A program made the position numbers and the translations under genes. Positions 1 to 8,769 of a stretch of 17,018 bases of DNA are shown here, one piece after another. Position 1 is the stretch's first letter; every line of letters begins with the position of its first letter. A model generated the notes under the pieces. It was not told where the DNA came from. It saw only the letters and a program-made list of their open reading frames with translations, and did not search any database. Source of the DNA: Anthoceros angustus. Lineage: Eukaryota; Plantae; Anthocerotophyta. Where the stretch lies: positions 1 through 17,018 of the forward strand of contig MU008231.1 in the NCBI GenBank assembly GCA_010909165.1, read 5' to 3'.

Positions 1-836
1 GGGGCAAGTCACCGTGACCAACATGTGTTGGTAGAGGCATGCATCATGAAATAGTGGCTCTGGGAGGAAAACGAACTCATAGCATCCAACCCCCGCAAAT
101 CACCATGGAACCAATAGTCGTTAGAGGCATGGACACAAATTGAAACAAGAGCCAAGGATGCAAAGGGAGGACAACTCGGTGCACACGCAGACTTTGTGAT
201 ATGAAGGGCACATTTTGGCTGGTGTAACAAGGAGCTGGAATCCACGAGGAGTCCTTTTCCTTCAATCAAACTATGTATGCGGTCAAGGCATCATGTAAGT
301 CCTCCGCCAAATTAACTTCGTGAAGGGTGTCACGCCTTGTTGTTGTGAGATTGTCCGCCTGCCTCAGATAAGACGATGTTGCCTCTCGAACATGGGCAAC
401 ATGTGCATCCTCTTCCGCAGAGAATACTCCAAAGATTTGTTCGTTTGAAAAGAATATAAAGTTGAAGTCTACTGGAAAGATCCATACCTTCTTGTCATAG
501 ATTATTGCGCCAAGAGCGTGCGTGTGAGCTCACCAAGAGCAATTTTGCTGCCACTAGATTGCTTGTCTCCTCGCTTGCAACTGTGACAAGCGTTCTCTTC
601 CCGACAAGGAGATAAGCTCCTCAACCACCGAGTCTTTATGTGCAGGCTGAGAGTATCCCACTGCGCACAAGAGGGTGGGATGCACATTGTAAAACAGAGA
701 GATGAACTTCCAAAATGGTTCATCATGTTCTTCGCCACCAAGGCATGCTGCCCATGAAAAAGTGCACACCGCCTCCTTGCCCACACGACAAAATGACAAC
801 CTAAGAAAATGCACATGCCACAATGTAAGAACATGA

Positions 837-1097
837 GGAATGACGAATGCCCAACGCCTGACATGGAATGACGAAATGCCCAATCGCCCGACATTAGGAA
901 TGACGAATGCCCAATCGACATTAGGAATGATTTAAATGCCCAACCGCCCATGATGGAATGACGAAATGCCCAATCGCCTATTATGGAATGACGAAATGCC
1001 CAATCGCCACATTATGGAATGACGAAATGCCCAACCGCCGACATGGGAATGAAATGCCCAATCGCCCGCGGGAAATGAAATGCCCAATTGCCCGCGT
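837..1097. repeat. Minisatellite, about 9 copies of a 25-32 bp unit (core GGAATGACGAAATGCCCAA(T/C)CGCC)
   Basis: Units start near 837, 865, 897, 924, 955, 985, 1016, 1046 and 1071, each containing ATGCCCAA. Fading remnants continue to about 1250. Confidence 0.95.
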
Positions 1098-1560
1098 GGA
1101 TCGATGAACTAGGCACCCCATGCCAAGATGCCCACCGACAGACACATACTGACCGCAGCAAGACAAATGACGTAATGACCAAACAACAATGTCAATATGC
1201 CCATTGCACCTTGCCAATGTGCACTGATGGGAATGCCCAAGTGCCCCCATGAAGTATCCCTCCCAACAGAGCCTAAAGTGTTTGAACTGAATCAACAGGT
1301 TGGGAAAACAAATGCACAGAGCAAAGAATTAGCATGCTACCAACTTGGAAACACCCACACCATGTAGAGTGATGAGCTTACAAAACCAGAAAGCTTGCCA
1401 AGACTGATACTTTTGTACAATCAATAATCAGTCAACATAAAGTCGCGCAAATAAAGAACACTGTATTTTGTACAAAATACAGTAAATAATATTGTTCTAG
1501 ATCTAGATGTACTTGTGAGTAAGTATGAATAACTTCAGAGTCGTTGTGACTATAGAATCT

Positions 1561-1910
1561 AGTTTGCACCATAACATATACTTCTTTATGTTGCATATAT
1601 TTTATGTTTTCTTGAAAGCCCAAGCTTACACCATATCATATACTTCTTTACGTTGCATGTCTTTAATGTTTTCTTGAAAGCCTTGAGGTCACATGTGGTA
1701 GATGAGCATCGAACCGAGGAGTTTGCACCATAACATATACTTCTTTATGTTGCATGTATTTTATGTTTTCTTGAAAGCCCCAAGTGTACAAGTAGTAGAT
1801 GAGCATCGGTAGGGAGTTTGCACACCATAACATATATTTCTTTATGTTGCATGTACTTTATGTTTTCTTGAAAGCTGATACAAGTAGTAGATGAGCATAG
1901 AGCGGGAGTA
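1561..1910. repeat. Modular tandem repeat: four copies of a ~55-60 bp AT-rich core interleaved with three copies of a TAGATGAGCAT module
   Basis: The core CACCATAACATATACTTCTTTATGTTGCATRTATTTTATGTTTTCTTGAAAGC occurs at about 1561, 1629, 1720 and 1815. TAGATGAGCAT occurs at 1699, 1796 and 1888. Confidence 0.92.
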
Positions 1911-3077
1911 GCTCGGTGGTGTATGATCATGAGGATAACCCATACTCTTCAGGTGCCGACCTCTAAGCCCCATACATGCTGTCCTTTTGTCCTCTTGGAC
2001 TGCCATGAAGGGAATCCCAAAGCACCCAAGATACTATTGTTAGATGGTTTCTGAGCCAAGTGCCTACTAAGCTTTTACTTCTAGTCCTTACTTTGGGTTC
2101 GTGTGTGCGTGAAACTCCTCTAAAAACTTGTCCCGTCATACTAACAACAACGAACAATGAATGCGGTACCCCTCAAACTATACCGGACCTGGTATAGCTT
2201 ACTGGGTTCATTTTTAGGTACACCCAAAGTTGTTGGGCTACCACACGCATCTTATGGGTGCCACATCATCTAGTGGGGGATATTGGGTTCTTCTATAGCG
2301 GTGCCGGCGTGGCTTTGTGGGAAACTACATGTGGCGGTAAACTTTGAAGCGGACATGATGGGAGTCACTTTTAAGATGCCCGACATAACATTCGAATGTG
2401 AACGACCTTCATTTGGGTTTTACGCTGGGGGCATATGCCAAACCCACCCTCAACGCCCCTAGACACCTTGTGCTATACCCTCGTTTTGGGATGAAGCTAA
2501 GGGCGTGCGGCCGCCACTTCCATGGCTTGGTGAACCATGCCTCCAGCCTCTCTCCTCTCACTCTTTTTCCTCCACGTATGCCACTCTCCTCATTTTGATG
2601 TAAACCCTGTTCACATGGTCAATACATGTAAAGCATCTTGTGAATGTGAGTGTCACGACAGCTAGTTAGACCGTGAATAGAAAAAGCATAGTCTCGATGT
2701 GTCGAGCACCTGATCAATGCCAGATAGGCACCCGGACGAGATGGCGGATATTGTAATCCGACATATGAAAGGTGGCATTCAATTTGGAACATGCATTCAA
2801 ACGCTTGGGGAATGTGCTATCGCCTAGTGTCGAATCGGTTGTCATTGCATAAAACTATTCATGCAAAACAATGAATGCCATCGTCTAGCCGCCGCTACCA
2901 CCTTGCTACATTTGTCAGATTCGCACATCCTTCCCCTTCACATCACACTACACCACATTCACATCACATCACGAAGAAACAAACCAGCTACTAGTTGTTG
3001 TCCATCCATCTTTATTGGTGCATCGAGACCTTGTTATTGTGTTCTCACAAACACACAAACTGATTACAATGCCACCA

Positions 3078-3086
3078 TTCCCCCCT
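3078..3086 (-). promoter_or_regulatory. Candidate polypurine tract (AGGGGGGAA) of the older PHD-bearing retroelement, followed by TG at 3077
   Basis: With the Copia insertion removed, this purine tract lies about 50 bp downstream of the PHD stop on the minus strand and is immediately followed by TG. Confidence 0.4.
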
Positions 3087-3113
3087 GTTGGTTGATGCTT
3101 CTCTAGCATTTCG

Positions 3114-3299
3114 TGTTTGGAAGTAACCCCGTTAGGGTTAACTTCATTTAAACGTAGTAGATGTTAGGTTAAGTATGTTAAGTTCAGTTATTGTCAAAGG
3201 TTATGACTCTTGGAGAGTTTTTTGTATATAAACACTTTTGCTGTTATTAAATCATTATCATTTGAGTACATCGTGTGTATAACACTCCGATGTTTTACA
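3114..3299 (+). repeat. 5' LTR (186 bp)
   Basis: TGTTTGGAAG...ATGTTTTACA. Differs from the 3' copy by 3 substitutions and one 1-bp indel. Followed by TGATCGAGCCA, possibly an eroded tRNA-iMet PBS (canonical TGGTATCAGAGCCA). Confidence 0.95.
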
Positions 3300-3574
3300 T
3301 GATCGAGCCACCAGGGCTTTAACTGCTATCCTACTCTCTATTTGTAAATGCATCAATCTAATCGAAGATATAATGTAGCAAAAATAGATCATAGACACAA
3401 AACCCAATGACCATAATTCATGGTCCCTGGTTCGTGTGTCTAAGATTGTGTTTTGCTACCTACATGACAATATTAGTGATAGGCTATTTACATTTAGCAG
3501 AAAAATCATGAAACTTTTCCGCTGTGCAAATCTGCTTGTAAAAGAGCAGCAGATTATGATACTCTGAAAGGAAA

Positions 3575-4212
3575 ATGCCTCGACGGGGACGATCTCGCGT
3601 CGAGCATCCCGCTGGAGTGACCTGCAACCAACACAATTTCAGGCAACGCTTGGAATCAGCAAGATCTGCCAGGGATTACAGAGCAGGACAGGACGACATT
3701 CCATTCACCTTACCTTTCTCTCGAACACCCAATCGAGTACACATCGAGAGATATCGAGGGAGGAGGTGAACCGCCCACGCCAAGAAGCCACGGCCCAATT
3801 GATCTTTTTCCGCGGAACCAAACATCTTTGCTTGAAGAAGTGCGTAATCTGCAAGAATTGGTGCGTGATTCTACCTCCAATTCTGGAGCGCCTTCCACCG
3901 CCGCAGATCTGTTGCAGATGCTTGTGCCTCCTCGCGAGAAATCGAGATCCAAAGAGACACCAGCAGCGTTGTAGTGTGCTTCATTGGCGCGCGGGCCTCC
4001 CAGGTTTGAAGCGTCGCCTGCAGCATCTTCCCGCGCGGGAGTTTCAGCGAGGCGCGTCCTTACCTAGGAGTCGCGACCCATCTAACAGATGCGTCCGCAG
4101 CCAGAGGTTGCTTCTCTTGCAGACCGGTGCAGCTGCGGACGCCCCTGTTGTAAGGCAAACATCCAGGTTTAGCCTGAGTTTGCCACCAACTGCCACCAGC
4201 GATGTCTGCTGA
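3575..4212 (+). pseudogene. Decayed extra ORF upstream of gag inside the LTR element, function unknown
   Basis: ATG at 3575 (MPRRGRSR...). An open frame at 3621-3971 reads ...NQQDLPGITEQDRTTF...TSLLEEVRNLQELVRDSTSNSGAPSTAADLLQMLVPP... and continues past a TAG. The block is GC-rich and follows an AT-rich leader. Confidence 0.45.
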
Positions 4213-4265
4213 TATCTGACATCCAACTAACCTCACCTCTTCGCTGTTTTATATCCACTTCCCGG

Positions 4266-5945
4266 ATGGCTACCTCTTCAGCATTTCAACCCACTTTTTG
4301 AAGAAGATCTCGGCGGCTGATCACCCGGCACGATTTTCTTTCAAAAGAAGGTTAGAATAAGCGTTGGAGGTGGTGCAGGAGGAGGGGGTGGTGGTGGAGG
4401 GGAGGAGGCGGTGGCGGGGTGGTGCAGTGGAGGGAGGTGGAGTAGTCCCTCCATTCCCACTGTCTCAGAATACCACAACCTTCCTACTCTGTTGAATTTA
4501 AAGGCGGGACAGTTTAATGGCATGAAATTTGAAGGTTGGAAGGTGCGCATGACAACGCCTGCGCGACACGTTGGGGAGTTGCATCACGCTTCAGAACCAG
4601 CATAATCGCCACAGGAGGAAAAGGACAAGTGGGCGAACCTGAATTACGTCGCACGCGCCGTCTTAATCAGCGGGCTGGACGAATCTCTCCTCGCCGATGT
4701 AGCTTTTCTCCACAAAGCCGAAGAGATCTGGACTCTTCTCATACAGACATATGAGGCTAAGAATATCCTTACCATGTGTGCTGTTCGGGGTGAATTATTC
4801 TCCTTGCGCCTCAAGGAAGGCGAAAAGGTGTCTCCTTTTGTCATTCGTTTGCATAAACAGAGCCCACCTCATCAACCTTGGTTCCACCCAGCTTGATGTC
4901 TTGTAGCCACCGGCTGCCCCGCCCCTAGCTACCGGACTTTCGCTTTCAAGCTATGGTGCTACTGTCATTGCCGTCTTGCGCCGAGTGCGGGACAACCAAC
5001 CAACATCAATCTTGCCGACGTCATAGGAGCCTTGCTACAGGAGGAACAAAGCAGGCTCACATTTACTCACCATGGCGGCCGAACAAAGACTGACAAAGTT
5101 CTGTTCACCAGAAGCAAGCCTGATAAACCTCGTTCTTCCCATGGAGCAGGTTCCAAATCTGGCTCACCGAAACGGACTGGAGCCTGCAACTGGTGTGGCA
5201 TCCAGGGCCACTGGGAACGCGAATGTAGAAAAAAGAAAGCCGGTGAGGCACTGGTCGAAGCCCTCTCGACAGTCAAGCCCATGTTGCCGCCACCAAGGAC
5301 CGACCAACCGTCGACACCTAACAAGCAACTGTAGTAATGATTTGTTTTGCTTCGTCTGCATTTCCTTCCCCACACATGGTACTGGACTCCGGGGCCCGTC
5401 CCACATTTGCAATGATAAGTCCATGTTTCACCATTATAGAGAGTCTACTACCACTAACAAAGTTTTGTTGGGTGATGAAGTAACTCGTACAGGTCTGAGC
5501 ATCCAAGGACACGGTACCTGCGTGTTTTGCTTGAATGATGGCTCCCTCCTGCATTTAGAGAACGTGCTGCATGTCCCTCATATGGCCAAAAACCTGATCT
5601 CTGTAAGTCAATTGATGTCTCTTCATTTGTACGACCTCTTGTTCACTTCGTCTAGCTGTCAGCTTACAAAGCGAGGGGGAGATAAGAAGGTCGTAGCAAA
5701 TGGCACCTTAGTGCATGACTTGTATCATTAAATCGACTTGTATTCATACGACCTCATCACCGGAAGGAGATCAGAGCCGACACTCCCGGTTTGATCCGCC
5801 AATGTTGATCCGTCGCGAACTCTTTCGAGCATGGCGGTGGGGGCACCTCGCTTCATCACCGCCCCTTTCTTCTACATTCTGGCTACCTCACGATGCCGGT
5901 AGATACATCGCTATGGCGAAGGCGCAGGCCGAGACATGTGAGTTC
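4266..5945 (+). pseudogene. Copia gag-protease-(pre-integrase) remnant with multiple frameshifts
   Basis: QFNGMKFEGWKVRM (gag N-terminus); ARAVLISGLDESLL...EIWTLLIQTYEAKN...LRLKEGEKV (UBN2-type gag); CNWCGIQGHWEREC zinc knuckle at 5185-5226; LDSGA at 5382-5396; LENVLHVPHMAKNLISVSQL; RWGHL near 5835. Confidence 0.9.
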
Positions 5946-6000
5946 CCGCCATCGCTCAGGCCTCCCGACATTTCGCCTAATGCACTTGTCTGCTTACGCG

Positions 6001-6187
6001 TGTTTGGAAGTAACCCCATTAGGGTTAACTTCATTTAAACGTAGTAGCGGTTAGGTTAAGTATGTTAAGTTCAGTTATTGTCAAAGGTTATGACTCTTGG
6101 AGAGTTTTTTGTATATAAACACTTTTGCTGTTATTAAATCATTATCATTTTGAGTACATCGTGTGTATAACACTCCGATGTTTTACA
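6001..6187 (+). repeat. 3' LTR (187 bp)
   Basis: About 98% identical to 3114-3299 and followed by TSD TTTCG. No polypurine tract precedes it. Confidence 0.95.
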
Positions 6188-6209
6188 TTTCGGCACTGTT
6201 CATGCATAC

Positions 6210-6511
6210 TCACGGGGCTTGCTTGCAAGCATTGCAAAACCAGGTCCCCTGTGGCACTTCTTTGAGCGGAGGCTACAGACAAAAAAAATGATATCCTTTG
6301 TTGTACTTGTTACAAAGCAATATAGCATCCTTGTCCTATGGCCTGTCACAAATTTCACATGGTAAGTCTTTCGGTGGAGTCCACAAGCTAGGTTCAATTT
6401 CCGGATCGAAGTCCAGCAGATGACATGGTGCTATCTGCATCCATCCCGACCTTTAAGTTCCACCACTCCGCTCTCCTTGACTTCCACCACCATCTACCTA
6501 AGGATTGGTCT
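6210..6511 (-). mobile_element. Decayed retroelement integrase-like C-terminus ending in a PHD finger (probably Ty3/Gypsy)
   Basis: Minus-strand translation across stops: RPILR*MVVEVKESGVVELKGRDG, then a frameshift to IAPCHLLDFDPEIEPSLWTPPKDLP-CEICDRP*DKDAILLCNKYNKGYHFFCL*PPLKEVPQGTWFCNAC-KQAP*. This is a C4HC3 pattern with one Cys changed to Tyr. Confidence 0.8.
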
Positions 6512-7719
6512 ACATAGGCCCAGGCCATAGCTTTTCCATCACCGCTTGTTTTACATTAGGTACTGTGGATGCTTGTCATGCCATCGTTGCCTAGTGTCAA
6601 AAGATTCAACATTGCATACCATATGTTCATGTTAAAAACAAAAACTACAAGCAGGCTAGCTGCTGCTCGCTAACACTTCTTTCTGCATTTGTCAGCTGCA
6701 GTTGCACATCCTACCCCCTTCACACCACTCTGCAATTCAGACATTCACACTAATAAATAGAGCAATGCATGACGATATGGTAGGGCATCGCCAACCCCCT
6801 CTGGTCTGTTTCACCTTATGGCATAACTGCAGGTGTGAGCCACACTTGCAATGGTAACATCAGTAATAAATCCGTCGATGTCCCTCACCTCGTCGATGAC
6901 GTCCCTAGGGGCACCCCTAACAACGCCTTGTAGGAAACAACATCGTGGGTGTGACGGAGGAGAAAGAGAGTAGTTAGAGGGGAGTCACCCGCCTAGGTTA
7001 GGAGCTGAGTAGATGTTGTGTGTGCTCTCTTCCTCTCAACAGCGTGCTAAGCTTCAAGCAGCCCGCCATCCTTCACAACTCGCAGGCCACCTCTTCGAGG
7101 TGCTGCTCTTAATTTACAACAGAGTACAATGCGTTGCTTGGCTACCGCATCTACACTCCACACAAAACCAAAGCTAGCTCTCTCATCCAAGTGCTCAGCC
7201 TCGCTAGATAAACTGACACTGAAACTTCAAACCTAGCTCTTCATTGCATTGACAAAACCCTAACTTCAGTTTAATTAGGGCATTGCCCGTTTCTAATCGG
7301 GTTGTTCTTAGCACCACAAAGATGAGGATGCTCGACTCTATCGACTCACATCCCCGTAGAAAAATAACCTTTCTTCCTCCTGCCCATGTTGTCCCATAGC
7401 TCCCATGAACACCATGGCCAAGTGAACGAGACACAGTATCTTTGCTCGGTTTTTTTTTTGGCCCTCGACCAATTCTACATTGATATTAAATATGCACCCT
7501 TCCATTGTCCATTTATATCCTTGGTTAAAATATAGGGTGTATATACATATATATGTAGATTTATGGAAGCTTAATTATTTGTATATTATGATAGAATACA
7601 CAGGGCATACGTGTAGGAGTATACTACATACATGTACATGGCACACATATTAATGGTGGGGTGGGGGAGAGTGGTGGGAGACAAGGCTTCAAAGTTGCAG
7701 TTCCATATCCCAAAAGGCT

Positions 7720-8453
7720 ACCATATCTGCTTTAGTACAATGGCCATGTAAACTTTGCAAATGTGAAACTGAGCAATAAGCTCCACATACATAGAATCTA
7801 GAAAGAGAAGACAACATAGTTTGATGTTCTATTCTTCCATTCAAGTTGGACTATTACCAAGGGACGAGGAAGCAAATGACAGTTTCATCAATATTTACCG
7901 CATATATGCTGGCCTGAGGGCAATACACCCAACCGACAACCTTTGCAGGAGTTCAACTTGTACGACACCATGATAGTCTTTGCAACTTAGAACAAGGATG
8001 ATGGGCAAAGCCGCTGAATGCCAAAAGCATGCATTTAGAGGTTTAGAGGCATACATGTTCAACATAATCTAGCATATCCACAGCATAAGCTATAACCACT
8101 ATATTGCCAACACGCCGCTCAAAAACCGGAACCTAGCAAACTTTCGTCAAACTTCAGTCAAAGCCTCAGCATCTAATGATTTGATTCTTGTCTAAGTCTC
8201 TCAATTGTTTGTCTCATCTAGAACTCGCTATGCCATGGAGTGCCACAGATGCTCTAAGTCTTCCAATTGCTTGAAAGATAGATTTGAAAAACCCAGGCTT
8301 CCAAATAAGCTTACCTCGAATACTAATGTGTGACCCACAACTGGCGGAAGTCCATTAAACTAGCTTCGGAATCAATTGCTACCACATCTACCAATGGTGT
8401 CATTACTTCTCGAACATAGGTGTCTTTGATCTCAGCACATGCTCAATCATGTC
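7720..8453 (-). pseudogene. Four-exon fragment of a DUF21/CBS-pair (CorC/HlyC/CNNM-like, plant CBSDUF-type) gene
   Basis: Exon 8453-8315: DMIEHVL(E)IKDTYVREVMTPLVDVVAIDSEASLMDFRQLWVTH*YS(R). Exon 8132-8055: VPVFERRVGNIVVIAYAVDMLDYVEH. Exon ~7957-7899: VELLQRLSVGCIALRPAY. Exon 7797-~7720: (D)SMYVELIAQFHICKVYMAIVL. Splice sites are AG/GT; there is an internal TAG and there are frameshifts. Confidence 0.88.
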
Positions 8454-8769
8454 CTGCAAAGTAGCATAGCATCATACAAAAAAAAGGTGGGCAGACAAGA
8501 CGGGAGAAAATGAATCAAAGTGTTGAATCGAGCGAAGAGGGCTCTAACAGGGAATCAGGAACCGGCGGATCCTCGCCATAACTTTGGAACGGGGCCGACA
8601 CCAATTCTAACCAGCATTCTACCGCTGGACCAGTTCCGTTCAGGGGCTCCAGGACCCGTGTGATAATCTACAGTCTCAGTTGTAGAGACCGAGTACTCGC
8701 TGCTGAGCACACAGATGTTGTGACGGGGTTTTCCATTGCATCCTCAGTGCATGGAAGACCCATCCTTCT

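Larger units (their letters stand above)
3114..6187 (+). mobile_element. Ty1/Copia-like LTR retrotransposon, internally deleted and non-autonomous
   Basis: Direct terminal repeats with TG...CA ends and a 5-bp TSD TTTCG at 3109-3113 and 6188-6192. Internal remnants include gag, a CCHC knuckle, an aspartic protease motif and a gag-pre-integrase-like region. No integrase core, RT or RNase H. Confidence 0.92.

Noticed and set aside
502-1295. Minus-strand ORFs of 149, 109 and 104 aa
   Set aside because: They are largely translations of the minisatellite and show no recognisable domain.
1561-1910. Repeat-spacer pattern resembling a CRISPR array
   Set aside because: Repeats are too long and divergent, spacers are homologous to each other, there are no cas genes, and the context is eukaryotic.
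2176-2204. CTATACC/GGTATAG hairpin followed by CTGG as a Helitron 3' end
   Set aside because: The 7-bp stem is not GC-rich, the spacing to CTRR is too short, and no matching 5' end or A/T insertion site was found.
6200-6397. 65-aa minus-strand ORF from the track (MNLACGL...)
   Set aside because: It is the wrong frame. The meaningful frame is the stop-interrupted PHD finger.
6929-7197. Possible solo LTR (TG at 6929, CA at 7196-7197, flanking GCCT)
   Set aside because: Only a 4-bp flank match, no terminal inverted repeat, and no second copy in the window. Could easily be chance.
8543-8639. tRNA-like sequence on the minus strand (A-box-like TGGTCCAGCGGTAGAATGC, B-box-like GGTTCCTGATTCCC)
   Set aside because: There is no acceptor-stem complementarity, the B box has an insertion, and no clean anticodon arm forms. 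At most a degenerate tRNA-derived SINE head; not supportable as a tRNA.
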